NCBI RefSeq assembly: GCF_006345805.1
Contig: NC_042997.1
Coordinates: 99,634,001 to 99,698,000, forward strand
Reading direction: 5' to 3'
From: Octopus sinensis
Lineage: Eukaryota
Length of the DNA stretch: 64,000 nt
Positions 1 to 14,264 of this stretch are shown piece by piece. A program made the translations under genes and the position numbers. Position 1 is the stretch's first letter. Each line of letters begins with the position of its first letter. Below the pieces are notes generated by a model. That model was given only the letters and a program-made list of their open reading frames with translations. It made no database searches and was not told the origin of the DNA.

Positions 1-2899
1 CTAAATTATTTAATAAGAAAGCTCGAGAATCTCTGTGCCGAAATACCCTCAAAAAGGTGATAACTTTCGATTGGTTTCATTCATAGTTGTTTGAAAGAGT
101 GACGTGAAGTAGGTGGATGATACAAAGGAGAAAAGAAACTCATTCTAACGAAGGGATGAAATAAAGAGAATCCTCCAAAAACAAACCAAGGCAAGCTGTT
201 ATTTAAAGGACTATCAGATATACACAAGTAAAGGAGACTATTTCCAGACAAGCAAAACGGGGCCTGTAAGAAGACTCTCTCCTGATAACTCTCCCGCCTT
301 TTTTTCCTTCACATCATAAGACACCGCTTCACGAAACTATTCCCACCTGGAGTGGGTGTTGGTAGCAGATAAATTTTCTAACAAGGAAAATCTATCCCTT
401 CCACAAGAAGCACAATAGGTGTCTATGTTTGTCAACTATTCTGTGTTAGTGTCGTTGGACCTGCACAAATTTGGAAAGATCTAATCAACACAAACTCTGC
501 ACGTGTTACACACTGTAGCGAGTTAGATATAGATCGGTCTTCGGAGGTACTCAAGTCGCTTTAGGGTCAGTTAAATGTGTACCACAAAAGTTAGTCATCA
601 TTACTTAGCATCCTTAACGCAGCCGATTCTGGTCCCATCTTCAGAGACTAGAATGCTGCATTATACGGTTAGTCTCTGAGTGGTCATCAAAGTATTCGAA
701 CGCATATAAATACTACTTGGTATCATGTACTCGACCCATAGAGATATAAAGTAGATATATGACAGTCATTAAGATGTTCGCTTCACAATCACGTGGTTCT
801 GGTTTTGTGCCCATAGCATGGCATCTTTGGTAAGTGTCTTCTACTATACACAGCTTCGAGTGGAAATGAATAGACGGAAATTGCGCAGAAGGCCACAAGA
901 TTTATTCTACTTGTTCTCGGACGTTATGTTTAATGCGGCCCTCAGTTTAACACCGCTCCGCTGCAAACATTCCTACCAGGTCTCTTGTTTGTGGATAACC
1001 TATTAATTTTTCCCTCTTCCACACCAGTTTCAGACGTCTTGCAAAAAGGTCATGAACGTAACCCTTCTCTCTCAAAACCATATGTATATGCACGCGCATT
1101 CATGCGTGTGCGTGTGTGTGTAGTTCTGCAGATAATTTAAATTCATTGAAAACAGAAAACCTGTAAAAATGAAAGTAAAACTTATGCAATAAAATTATAA
1201 TGTAAATTTGAAAGCATAGAAATACGAATAGCTGAAGTAGACGAAAAATAGCGATAGGTATATTACAAGGGGAACAACTCAAATAGGAAAGTGGTGCGAA
1301 TGAGATCTATATCTGTGGAGTTTGCTAAAGAAATCGTTTAAAGGAAAGTAATTACTGGATAAGCCTACTCTAGACCTTGGACTCAAGGGCTAGGATAGGC
1401 TTTTGGAAAGTAACGAAGCCTTTTAGACCAAAATATCGAATTATCTTGGCTAGCTTTGTTTTGGGATCATGGACTGTAATACACTAAATTCGCCACTTAG
1501 TAAAAAAAAAAACCACACTGAACTGAATGACAAGAGAAGGCCGTTAAATATAACTGACGTATGTGTGTGGAGGTGCGTATTTTAGTGGTTCGGATGGTGC
1601 TCTCATGATCGTAAGATTGTGGTTTCAATTCTTGGATCAGACGATGCGTTGAGTTCTTGAGCCAAAACACAATATTTTACACTGTTCCAGTCCACTCAGC
1701 TGACAAAAAAGATTAATCTTACGACAGACTGGCGTACCGTCCAAGATGAGGAATATATACGCCGCAGAATTCGGAGAACTAGCCTTCTGAGCCTATGGAA
1801 CGGGAAAGATCTTTGATCCTTTTAATGCCTGACCGAATTTATTGTCCACCGAGTTGTGAAATAGATGCCACTAGAGAAAGCTGTTGTTATGCTGTTTATA
1901 CATTAGATAACTGTCCAAAATAAGCTGTTCTTAAAAGAAAAGGAAATTATTTGCACACTGATATATATTCAGACCAGAGTCGCCATCTTAGTTGTTATAG
2001 TCACAACATCTCAGCTATTGCAATCTGCAGTCTTCTTAAGGTGTCTGTCAAATTCGGTGATGTTCTTAGAGCTTCAAGCCAAATTCATTATTGAATTGAC
2101 AGAGATAAAACGATCTCATTTCATATTTTCCCATCAGTATATTCTTCCAATTATAATGTTGTTTGTTCTTGTCTATTGAACCAAAGTATATATTGTGTTA
2201 CTATAACAACCAAGATCCAAGATGAGGACACTTGTCCAAATATGTTGATATATTATAATGATTTAATTATAAATGCTCATCTCAGAAATTCAAAGAAAAG
2301 ATTGTCATGGTTGGAATGCTTGTGATCAGCACTGGCTTTGTGTGCTAAACAACATAGAGCAAGCTCTATTCAAGCTAGGTCCTTAAGTGTGCTCGAGCTC
2401 AATCCCACAATGTGAGCTACACAAAAGATCAGAAAGCATTTATTTCAGTCTTAGAGGCATTTACTATGTTTTCTATTTTCTATTAATATTGAATGTAATG
2501 TATTCTTGGAATGTAATGTATTCTTGGAAGATCTTAGAAATTTGACACTGGACTGGTTGATGTAGAGGTCTTCCAAATGCACATTTTTTTCTCGCTTGAA
2601 TATCATTTGACAACTGTACAGGTCCACCTGTTGTCTGTGAACCTTGCAACATGTAAGAGGGCCAGTAACCATGAATCTTAAAAGAAGAAAATTAAGGGAA
2701 TCATGGGAAAAAATGGTGTGCTCAGATCTCTGAACAGTGGGTTTTCAAGACAGGGTCACAAAATACGAATGATAGTCGATATGTTGCATGTCAGATCCAT
2801 CCAAATCATGCAAGCATTGAAAGATGGAAGATTAAAGCAGTGACAAAGATCATGAACACATTTCAACTGATTTCCACAAGAGGTACTTACATATCTTAT

Positions 2900-4570
2900 T
2901 TTTTACAAGCACAGCATATCGTCCAATGATTGAAGGGTGCCTTTAACAGGCCAGTTATGCAACACTGGCATTGACCATGACTATGATCTCACTTGATGTG
3001 ACATCACTGCCTCCATGAGGCCCATCACATGAATGGTTCCTTTTTATGTGTCACCAGTACGGGTGCCAGTCAGACGGCACTGGCATCAGCCACAACTACA
3101 ATTTCACTTGATTTGACAGGTCTCCACAAGCACAGCATATCACCCAAAGATTGAAGGATGCTTTTAATAGGCCAGTTACATGACACTAGCATCAGTCGTG
3201 ACTACAATCTCACTTGGTTTGACAGGTCTTCACAGGCACGGCATATCTCCAAAGGTCTCAGTTGCTTGTCATTGCCTCTGTGAGGCCCAACAGTCGAAGA
3301 TCACGCTTCACCACCTCAATTCCTGTCTTCTTGGGTCTACCTCTTCCACAGGTTCCCTCCACCATTAGAGCATGACTTCTTCACACAACTGTCCTCATCC
3401 ATACACATCACATGACCATACCAGCAGTCACCTCTCTTACCACATCTGATGTTTCTTATATCAAGCTTTTCTCTCAAGATGCTTACACTCTATCATGTAT
3501 GCACACTAACATAACACATCCAGCAGAGCATACTAGCTTCATTTCTTACAAGCCTACACATGTCCTCAGCAGTCACAGCCCATGTTTCACTGCTGTGTAG
3601 CATGGCTGTTTACACACAGTCTGTCGTTCACTCTGAGTGAGAGTCCCTTTGTTACCAGCAGAGGTAGGAGCTCTCTGAAATTTGCCCAGCCTATTCTTAT
3701 TCTAGCAGCTATGCTCTCAGAGCATCCACCCCCACTACTGACTTGGTCGCCTAGGTAACGGAAGCTATCGACTACTTCTAGTTTTTTTCCCTGGCATGTG
3801 ATGTACATTTTTGGTGTTTATTGTACATGTGCACCTTCCACACACAAAAACTATCTTTCCTGTTAACCTTCTTCTGATATTACTGCACCTCTTATGTGTC
3901 CATAGCTTACACCAGGTTCATCTTATGGAGTTTCTACCTACGCTTTTTCTACAGAATGAGCAGGGCCATCTACCTGAAGGCATTTATGATTTGTCCACCA
4001 TCCTACTTACTAAGACTTTGGTTTTTGCTAGGTTAACTCTAAGGGCCTTCAATTCTACACCTTGCTTCCACACCAGAAACTTCTCTAGTTCAGGTATTGA
4101 TTCAGCAAATGAGAGCAAGGTCATCAGCATAGAAGAGCTCCCGGGGACAACCCATCTTGAATTCATCTGCTATCACCTGGAGGACTATGATGAACAAGAG
4201 GGGACTGAGGACTGATCTTTAGTGAACCCCTACTTGTATCTTGAATTTTTCTTTATACTCATTGCCAACCCTCATCTTAATCACAACATACCTGTACATG
4301 GCTTGTACAGCTCTCACCAACCACTCATCTATCCCTAGTTTCTACATTGACCACCAGATAAGGGATCGAGGGATCCTGTCAAAGGCTTTCTCCATGTCAA
4401 CAAAAGCCGAGTACAGAGGTTTATCTTTGGCTATGTATTTCTCCTGCAGCTGTCTTACCAAAAATATGGCATCAGTGGTGCTTTCTACCAGACACAAACC
4501 CAAACAGCATCTCATCTAAACTCTCTCTCCAATTAGTTGGGCTATGACCCACTCTGTGACTTTCCTCACC
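2900..4570 (-). mobile_element. RTE-clade LINE, 5' truncated and decayed (RT domain, C-terminus, 3' UTR)
   Basis: AFVDMEKAFDRIP, VLSPLLFIIVL, LFYADDLAL, LRVNLAKTKVL and LEVVDSFRYLGDQV motifs with stops and frameshifts. Confidence 0.92.
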
Positions 4571-6357
4571 TATATATATATTTTCTTTTATTTGTTTCAG
4601 CCAATTGACTGCAGCCATGCTGAAGCACTGCCATGAAGGGTTTTATGCAAACAAATCGACCCTAGCACTTTTTGTTTTTAGCCTAATACTTATTTTATTG
4701 GTCGCATTTGACGAACTGCTAGGTTACAGGGACATAAACACCAACACTGGTTATCAAGCAGTGATGGGGGTGGGACAAATACAGATACATTCACATTGTA
4801 TATGTATATGTATATATATATATATATACACATACAACGGGTTTCTTTCAGTTTCCATCTATCAAATCTACTCACAAGGCTTTGGTTGATCCGAGGCTAT
4901 AGTAGAAGACACTTGCACAAGGTGCCACACAGTGGGACTGAGCCCAGAACCAGGTGATTGGAAAGCAAGATTCTTGCCACAGCCACACCAATGTCTAATA
5001 TATATATATTTCATGTTATGCTAAGTAGTTTGTTATAGAAATATATAAATTAATAAATTAAACTTGTTGAGCATTGGCCCACACAGAGGCAATGTGGCCA
5101 ATGCCAGTGTCACGTAACTGGCACCTGTGCTGGTGGCATATAAAAAGCACCTTTCAAGCATTGGGCATCATAGAGGCAATGACAAATGACCAAGACCGTG
5201 CTTGAGAAGACCCATCAAACCAAGTGAAATCATAGTCATTGTATGGTTGTGCTGGTTGCATGTAAAAATGCCAATTACATTCTCAGAGTGGTTGGCATTA
5301 GGAAGGGCATCCAGCTATAGAAACAATACCAAATCAGACTGGAGTCTGATGTAGCCCCTCAGTTTACCTGCCCTGATCAAACCATCCAACCCATGTTAGC
5401 ATGGACACAGACATTAAATGATGATAATAAATTAAACATAAAAATACACACACGCACACACACACAATCAGCTTCTTCCAGTTTCCATCAACCAAATCCA
5501 TTCACAAGGCTTTGATCAGCCCAGGGCTATAATAGAAAATACTTCTCCAAGGTGTCACTCAGTGGAACTAAACCTAAAACCATGTGGTTAAAAAGTGAAC
5601 TAGGAATTAAAATCAAGGGTATCTAAGTGTTCGACAATCTTATCTAAAAATTTTGATGATCAAAAAAAAAAAAAAATACAACATAAGTTCATACAATTCT
5701 AATAATCTTTAATATTCTGACCAGAGTCAACTTGCCAGCCAGAAGGAAGGCCAACAACTCTTATATGCAATTATTAACCTAGTAATGTTTCTTAAGGATC
5801 CACTTCACCTGTCTACATAAAACATCTCAATGAAAATTTTACAGAGGACATGCACAATTAACAAGTAATTAACTAAACTTCTGTATTAAATTGTAAGAAA
5901 CCAAGATACTGGTTAGTGTATTCAATGCTTTTAGAGAGACCAATACCTAAAGTGAAACAGCAAATAAAAGGTTGCTATATATCTAATAAAGTATCAAACA
6001 AATATAATTTCTTTTTTATTTACATTTGACAGATATTTGTCATCTTTGTTGTTAAAGAAGCAGCACATATACTAGGACACAACAACCTCCTAAGCAGAGT
6101 GAGTGTAGATATGAGTAGCATATGGGAACCAGTATTAAGGAAGGATAGGAAAATATTAGATTTATAAGCCCTAAAATTCACTCCATAATTGCCCATGGGC
6201 ATATGGCATAGTGGTTAAGAGCGCAGGCTACTAACTCCAAGATTCTGAGTTTGATTACAAGCAGTGACCTGAATAATCGAAAAATATCTTAGGAATGAGA
6301 ACCCAGGTTCAAAATGTACATAATTCCTCATCTCTTAAATGCAGAACTGTATAAAGT

Positions 6358-6590
6358 TTTTACAGAAAATAAAGTAAATTTCAAACAAAGGATAGCTGTG
6401 AAACCAACCTAGGAAAATTGGGTAAATACCCCCTAGAAGACAGAAAAAAGTTACTAGCAGACAGTGAGTTTAATTCGATGTAGCCACCTGCTGGCAACTT
6501 CCTTCCATCTTCTAGGGGTATTTACCCAATTTTTCAAGGTCACTTTTTACAGCTATCCTGCATCTGAAGTTTACTATATTTTCTGTAAAA
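6358..6590. repeat. Imperfect palindrome (arms of about 105 bp), probable fold-back MITE
   Basis: TTTTACAGAAAATA..GGATAGCTGT..AAAATTGGGTAAATACCCC mirrored by GGGGTATTTACCCAATTTT..ACAGCTATCC..TATTTTCTGTAAAA. Confidence 0.8.
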
Positions 6591-8133
6591 TACCAACCCA
6601 CTCGATGCTTCTAAGTTTCATCATCATCATTTAATGTCCATTTTCCATACCGGCATGGGTTGGATGGTTTGACTGAAAACTGGTAAGCTGAAAACTGGTA
6701 AGCTGCACCAGGTTCCAATCTGATTTGGCAAAGTTTCTACAGCAGGATGCGCTTCCTAACACCACCCACTCCATGATTGTAGTGGATGCTTTTTACATGT
6801 CGCTAGCACAGGTGCCAGTCATGAAACACCAGCAACAGCCATGACCGCAATCTCTATTGGTTTGACATGTCTTCTCAAACACAGTATATTGCCAAAGCTC
6901 TGAGAAGACTTGTCAAGCCAAGTTAGATCAGTCGTGGCCAATGTCAAAATCCAATATGAGTTTCCCTCATGGTAAATAACACAGTACTCCGTGTTCTGAC
7001 ACAACATCCATCCTCAAGTGGGGACAAATACTACCCCTTGGTATTAGTACTGCTTCAGTCGCTAACAATTATTTCTCATGTATAATGTATTTTGTATAGT
7101 TTATAATATAAGTGAAATTTGTTTATAATAAAGTTTTTAAACTTTAAATTCAGTGTAATGTTTATCACATGAACTAGTTTTAATTAAATCATAGAAATGA
7201 GGCACAATGGTTCTAAGGTTAGAACTGTTGACCAAATAGTGATGAGAGTTCCAAGACAACTGTAATCAAACATTGCTATTTAGAAAAACACAGAACTTTC
7301 AGAGAATCTGGTAATAACAAAATCCATCCCAACTTGAGCAGTTACAAATAAGAAAGCTATTCAGATGTAACAAAACTCATATATCTTATCATGGTTATGT
7401 TGTTAAGAAAGTAACTTTGAAATCACATGGTCTGGATTCCATCCCACCTTCAGCACTGTAGCCTCAGGGCAACTAATGCTTTGTGAGTAAATTTAGTAGA
7501 CAGAAAATGTGTGGAAGCCCATCATATGTGTGTGTGTGTGTGTTTGTAACCCCACTTGACAACTAGAGTTGGTTTGTTTACATCTGTGTAACTTGATAGT
7601 TTGGCAAAAAAGATCCACAAAGTGCCAGGCTTATAAAATAGTACTGGGGTCAATTCCAGTCCAATGATTAAAACAAGTAAAAGCTAAAAGGCAAAATAGT
7701 AAAAATATATAGGCACAGGCATGGCTGTAGTAAGAAGCTTCCTTCCCAACAACATGGTTCCAGGATCAGTCCCAGGGTGGCACCTTGGACATGTATGTTT
7801 TATCATAGCTCCTTCAATAACCAAAGCCATGTGAGTGGCTTTGGTAGAAAGAAGCCCAACTTGTGTGTGTGTCAGTGTTTATCCCTCCACCACTGTTGGT
7901 GTGTTTACATGCCTGTAACTTAGCAATTAGGCAAAAAGAGACAGATGGAATAGGTATCAGGCTTTAAAAAAGATAAGTACTGGGATCGATTCATTCAACA
8001 AAAAAGTTCTTCAAGGCAGTGCCCCAACATGGCCAGTCTAATGACAAGTAAAAGATACAAAAGGATAAAAGATACATAAACAAAGAAAATTTTGTGTGAT
8101 TAGATCTCCTGAGAGAATCCATGTGATTAGATA

Positions 8134-8139
8134 TTTATT
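8134..8139 (-). terminator. Probable polyadenylation signal AATAAA of PSMB5
   Basis: AATAAA on the minus strand about 70 nt after the stop, with U-rich sequence downstream. Confidence 0.6.
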
Positions 8140-8208
8140 GAGAACAACAATCAATTACAGAGAAAAACTATAATGAATTTTACTGAACACTGTTGTATGA
8201 AAAGAAAG

Positions 8209-8321
8209 TTATTTGCTTCTCTGAGTAGCAGCCTTTTCTCTATCAGCTTCATACTTGTAATGCAAGTCTAATACATTGGTTTGTGATACAAACTCCCAGC
8301 CAGTCTTCTTCATGTGATACA
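8209..8321 (-). CDS. PSMB5: PSMB5 last coding exon (113 nt incl. TAA): LYHMKKTGWEFVSQTNVLDLHYKYEADREKAATQRSK*
   Basis: TTTCTGCAG acceptor; YH..GW..V motif of the beta-5 C-terminus; total CDS 849 nt = 282 aa (70-aa propeptide + 212-aa mature chain). Confidence 0.95.
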
Positions 8322-8515
8322 CTGCAGAAATGAAAGAAAAACACATTTTTTTAAAGTTACAAACCAATGTAGATGATATATAGATTTGTGGGTTCAGACA
8401 AAAAGAGAATATAGAAACTCTTGAATCTGGTACCCACAGGATCAGACACTTGCAAAGATACAGAAAATGCTGGATTATCAAAGAATGATGTCTGAGCATT
8501 TTCGACAAGTTTTAA

Positions 8516-9404
8516 CTCTTTAGCATTCAGATTACTCCATTAAATTTGATGCTTATTTATTCACATTATTTTGAATGAATCATGTATTATCTTGTTGCTT
8601 TGAGATTTTGACGGTATTATTGTATGGTCATGTGATGTATATGAACAAGGATAGCTGTGTAAAGAAATGTTGATCTCTAACTGTGGAGGGGAACCTGTGG
8701 AAGAGGTGGACCCAGGAAGACATGGGACAAGATGGTGATGCATGATCTTCAAACGTTGGGCCTCATGGAGGCAATGACTAGTGACTGAGATATTTGTTGA
8801 TATGCTGTGCTTGAGAAGACCTGTCAAGCCAAGTGAATTCGTAGTCATGGCCAATGCTGGTGTCACATAACTAGCACCTATGCTGGCGACATGTAAAAAA
8901 ACACCTTACAAGCACTGGGCCTCATGAGAACATATGTGGCCAATGCCGGTGTCGCATAACTAGCACCCATGCCAGTGGAACATAGGAAACACTTTCCAAG
9001 CATTGGGCCTCACAGAGACAATAGCAAATGATCGAGACCTTTAGCAATATGCTGTGCTTGAAAAGAAGATGCATCAAGCCTAGTGAAACCATAGTCATGG
9101 CAGATACTGGTGTCATGCAACTGGCACCCATGCCAGTGGCACATAAAAACACCCATTATAGTGGTTGGCATTAGAAAGGGCATCCAGCCATAGAAACCAT
9201 GCAAATCAGACTAGAGTCTGGTGCAGCCCCTCAGCTTACCAGCCCTGGTCAAACCATCTAACCCATGCCAGCATGGACAACGAATGTTAAATGATGATGA
9301 TGATTGTATATTATTAGAATGAAATTGTAGGGTAAGTGTAAGAGGTCAGATGTGGTTGGTGTGAATCTAAAACAGGAAGAATATCTGGGTTTGATATGGC
9401 TAGT
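8516..9404. mobile_element. Older family-2 MITE split by an RTE insertion
   Basis: 8516-8620 matches the left part and 9304-9404 the right part of the 50269 MITE. Confidence 0.7.
8620..9303 (+). mobile_element. RTE LINE 3' end with (ATG)n tail, antisense to PSMB5 (intron 6)
   Basis: YGHVMYMNKDSCVKKC..VEGTCGRGGPRKTWD; ends TTAAATGATGATGAT; ATTGTAT repeated on both flanks. Confidence 0.85.
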
Positions 9405-9406
9405 AA

Positions 9407-9624
9407 CCCTTTAGCATTTAAACCGACCATATCTGGCCAAAATATTCTACTTGTTTTATGCTCAAATAGGATAGATCTGATCTCTCACACCTACCCTACA
9501 ATGTCATTATACAAACAAACAATCACATCACTGAACCCTCAAAGCTATGAGATTATGCATGATTAATTGAAAATGTGAATAACATAAGTATTATATTTGA
9601 CAGAGTAATATGAATGGTAAAGGG
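9407..9624. mobile_element. piggyBac-type MITE family 2, inverted relative to the 50269 copy
   Basis: CCCTTTAGCATT...AATGGTAAAGGG; flanks GTAA/TTAA; reverse-complement similarity to 50269-50488. Confidence 0.8.
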
Positions 9625-12600
9625 TTAATATAGAAAAGCATGTCATTACATCTACAATATGGTTTAAAACAAGAAATAATGTTTAAAAAAATGCTAGAAA
9701 CTATTTTATCCATTGTTTCATTTTACAACAAAATTACAAAACGTTACAGAAAATCATTGATGCTGACAAAACTTGAGGTTTTACAACTTCGTGGAAACAA
9801 AATTTAAATCATCCAAGAAACTGTCCAGACACTCTGTACAGAGCTTCTCTTCTTACTACTCAAATTAAATCAAACATCCTTGAGGGCGTTTTTCAATTAA
9901 AATATTTCAAAACTTGTAAAGAAATAAAGACATACATGAAAAAATATTTCTTTTACTTATTACGAAACATATGAAAGGCAACAGACTGGTAGACCATTAG
10001 CACACCAGACAATATCTCAGTATATTAGGTCTTGCTGAGCAACCACATACATGACTTTGGGTTCAGTCCTACTGTGCAGCACCATGGGCAAGTGTCTTCT
10101 ATCATAACCCCAGATCAACCAATGATTTGTGAATGAATTTGTAAGACAGAAACTAAGTGGAAGTTCGTCGTGTGTGTGTTAGGTCCCTTCGTGATTACAC
10201 CTCAATGGTTGAAACCTAACTGAAACCAGGAAAAGAGTATGTAGGCCTCAGCTGCTGTCATTTAAAACAAGTGAACATAATGCAATTCTTACGGCAGGAT
10301 ACAAGCTCAGCAATTTGTTAACAAATCCACATCAACTTAAATATTCTTTAAAAAAAAAAAGAGAATCATATAGCTGTGATGAGCAAGATATATTAGTTGC
10401 ACTTGGAGCAGTTAATTTCTTGACATTATCTCCCCTTAGATGGTCTGAGTGCCACTAATGACATGGAATCCAGTACAACCTGTTACATGGTTGGGTTTTT
10501 GGCAACTAAACAAGCATCCCCACTAGGTTTGCCTGGTGAGGAGGGTTGCAAGAAACCCAGCAGGACTAAAAACAAAACCTATCCAAAGGACAGATGAACC
10601 TAGAGCAGGTTCAACGACTATCTAGCAATAGCACAGGCCCTCAAAAATTCTGGGATGGTGTCCAGCATGTTTGACGACCACCAGGAGCAAGGTACCCCAT
10701 AGCTTTTGTTGAAGCATGTCTCTAGAATCCGCTTCAAACCCAGGCTACATCTTAAATAATCGGCAGTGACTTGATCAATGAATCCTCTGTGATGGTGGAC
10801 AATCAATAGCAAGATGAGCTGTAATATATCACACTATCCCAAAGTGTGTATGCATGTTACCAGGGACCACATGTGAACTCATATTGCCATGAAACTCCAA
10901 ACATGAGATAAAAGTATATAGTTAGTAAACTAATAAAGGTAGCAAACTGACAGAATCATTAGAACATTCAACAGAATACCTCATAATATCTGCTCCAACA
11001 ATCTGCATGCCGAGTTCAAGTCCTGCAGAGGTCAATTTTACTTTTCTTTTTTTCAGAATCAATAAAAAGTAACAATTCAGGTCGGTGACTTATAGCACTT
11101 GTTAGAATGTCACACAATATACCTTGTGTTATTTTTTCCAGCCCTTCATGTTCTAAGCACAAAACTGGTACCAAGCTGTGTCAGCCTTAAAGCAGTGGTC
11201 TTTCACTCAGTCAATAATGGTGGTATGAAGAGGGGAGTCATGCATGCATGGGCAACTGTCACCCTTCCACAAAAAAAAAAAAACTTGCCCAGGACTGCAC
11301 AAAGAGGTGCAGACAAAAAGTCATCTCTGATCAATGGAGATAATAGCTATAGTTGGTTAAGACAGTGATGTAAAACAGTATAAATTGTATCTAGTTTTAA
11401 GAGTTCATAAACTAAATATAGACCACTTACACTCACTGGCAAATAATTGAATCTAAATGAAGATGTTGTTATTTATTCTTAGACCAGTCTTGAACAAGCA
11501 AACCTATAATCAAAGGTGTTTCACTCAAGATCATCCCATCATTTTCTTCCTTGATATTATTCAATCAGTTTTTCCTCTTTTAAGATAGTAGTCTAATTTG
11601 AGGAGGGGAATGGGTGCTATTTCTAGCAGATCAAACGACCAAGTAGAGGCTCCCTCGTTAGTTCATGTTTCAATTTAAAGAGGATTACAGTACTTTTTCA
11701 TTAAATCTACAGCTACTTGGAATTTAATAGTATATTCTCCCAAAGAGATTTGATCATATTTCAGGCTGCTAAAAGTGAAAATTATACACCACCAAATATA
11801 TTATATTAATTCCAACTTGGTACTGTAGAGATATTAGCTTGTCCAAATTTGTGTATTTTACCAAAATGGCCTTTGCAGAGCACAGACTAAATCTAATTCC
11901 CTTGGACTGCAGTTCTCATTGGCTTATACCTTAGTCATTGCATCATGCCCAAGGTACATAACTCTGCTTGTCGTGTTTACAAACTGGTTGTAACAGATCA
12001 ACCACTGAAAGAAATAGCTAATTAAAACCAACTGATCCAAAAAAAAAAACTGCATGAAACATTCAGGGTGGGATGGCAAAAATTAGTCCCAAATAGCAAA
12101 TAACAAAAAGATTGCTGTGATATGCTTGGCTGAAAAGTAAGTTTTATTTCTATTTTACAGCTGAAAAGAAAATAGCCAGCTGTAAAACCAGCTAAATCCA
12201 TAAAGCACTACAGAAACCTCCTCTACATGGCTATATAACTTGTTAGAAATAGTAGTCAAATCTCCCACAAATCACATCCTGCCATATTAAAAGAGGAAGT
12301 CTTGAATAAACAGATCATCATGCTGTCTGATCATTGTTGACTTGGGGCTACACTCAACAACAGCCATATTCAATCAAAGTGTACCTTCTTAAAATGAAAA
12401 AGGACACTTCAGCTAACAATAAAAAAAATATAGGAATGTTAGGGCAAGAACATGAATACAGGACCTTTTTGCACAATATTCAAGACTGGTCCAGGAAAGG
12501 AAACGTGATGAACAACCCATGACTCAAAGGTTTTCCTCAAACCTGGGCTAAATGCTTGTAATAGACAGTACATTGCTAAAGACATCCAAGAGCCAATTGG

Positions 12601-12854
12601 TATTTGATAATTGGCCTCTACGTAAATTCTACCAACCCAATTTTAGTCAGATGGCTTGGATTGATCCAAAGGTATTGTAGAAGATGCTCAAATTACTATG
12701 TAGTGGAAATGAACTTAGGACCATGTGATTGCAAAGCAAACTTTTAAACCACACAGCCATATGAAAGTGTGTTTAATATGTATTAACATATTTCAATACA
12801 ATGTTATAATAAACAGTGGTAGGCTTAACAACTGCATATAAAAATAATACTTAC

Positions 12855-13059
12855 AACTGACAATACCACCACTGAAAGCATCTCTGTAAGTAGCATGGTA
12901 AATGGCTCGCTTCCCCAGTTCATATGCTTCCTCTGCTGATAAGTCATACCTGTGGCCACAGTCCATAACACCATAAGCATGAGTGGAACCAGACCCAACA
13001 GAGAACATTTCATTGCTCATTCGCTCACCATTATTATCAACATAGTACAATCCAGGACC
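12855..13059 (-). CDS. PSMB5: PSMB5 exon 6 (205 nt): [33 protein letters not shown]...[14 protein letters not shown]
   Basis: CTGACTAG acceptor, GTAAGT donor (phase 1); SVGSG and RDAFSGG motifs. Confidence 0.98.
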
Positions 13060-13127
13060 CTAGTCAGAAAGAAAGAAATCATATTGAAAGTAAATAAAAA
13101 AGAATTATACATAATACATAAAAATAT

Positions 13128-13440
13128 CATCATCATCGTTTAACGTCCGTTTTCCATGCTAGCATAGGTTGGACAGTTCAACCGGGGTCTGGGAAGCCAG
13201 GAGGCTGCACCAGGCTCCAGTCTGATCTGGCAGTGTTTCTACAGCTGGATGCCCTTCCTAATGCCAACCACTCCGTGAGTGTAGTGGGTGCTTTTTACGT
13301 GTCACCGGCACAGGTGCCAGGCGAGACTGGCAACAGCCACAATCAGTTGGTGCTTTTTACGTGCCACCGGCACGGAAGCCAGTCAAGGCGGCGCTGGCAT
13401 CGGCCACGTTCAGATGGTGCTTTTTACGTGCCACCGACAC
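13128..13440 (-). mobile_element. Truncated RTE 3' tail, representative copy; others at about 6619, 14821, 16633, 19276, 21228, 22900, 36741, 56547, 57179 (minus) and 5060-5425 (plus)
   Basis: (CAT)n TTTAACGTCCGTTTTCCATGCTAGCATGGGTTGGAC consensus is the reverse complement of the RTE 3' end. Confidence 0.85.
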
Positions 13441-14264
13441 ATACATGAATAACTGCCAGTAACAATATTCATAGACTGTAAAATAATCCTTAAATGAACA
13501 AATATATTTTTTCATGCATAATATGCATCTATATATGTAATGCACACCACTAATTATGAACAATGAAATCCTAGAAAAAAAAATTGTCAGTATATAAATC
13601 ACACACACTTTTCTTTAATGTTATGATGTTTAGAAAAGGAAGTGTTTAGTCAAATTTATTATAATTGCTGTTTAAAATACACTGAAAAAGTTCTCACAGC
13701 CTAACTAAAACACAAAGTAAATTCAAAATTCTTTTGAGCTTTACCAATGTAGGCCATAAAAGTGCAACTGCTATGAGATCAACACACTCAAAGTTACATA
13801 ATCATGTTTCTATTTCCTAGAAAATCTTATTTTTTTTTATAACTGTACCTAAATAACTTATTTGATTAATTTTACTATTCAGTTTGTAGTGATGCAAACA
13901 TTGTCATGCTGTCCAAGAACAAAGTATTTATTGCTTAAGTATGAATTTTTTAAAACTCCACTAAGTCTTTTATGACATTTTTTTAAGTCTCTACATTTTT
14001 CTGTTTTAAGATATTCCAGATATTCACAAGTTAGTAAAAAAATGTTTCTTTTTTTTTTGATAATTTTAATTTTTCAACTTTCTTTTTATTGCTATGTTAA
14101 TAAATTGAAAAGGCATTTTAAACCTTTTGATACCAACCCACCCAAGACCATCGTTGGTTCTAAGATACAAATTGCCTGCTTACCATATTTTGGTTGAAAT
14201 GTGCTGCCTTTATTTCAATTAACTTTAAAAATAAAGACTTAAATAAAATAACTTAGATATTATA

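Noticed and set aside
713-898. ORF with YQRCHAMGTK, resembling a Penelope RT motif
   Set aside because: The DNA is the reverse strand of a decayed family A SINE (about 760-895); the similarity is coincidental
1960-2250. Degenerate inverted arms of about 50 bp
   Set aside because: Probably an old MITE, but termini and TSD are too decayed to call
6197-6275. tRNA-like sequence with A/B-box-like motifs and an ACT anticodon loop
   Set aside because: Acceptor, anticodon and T stems do not pair; more likely a SINE head
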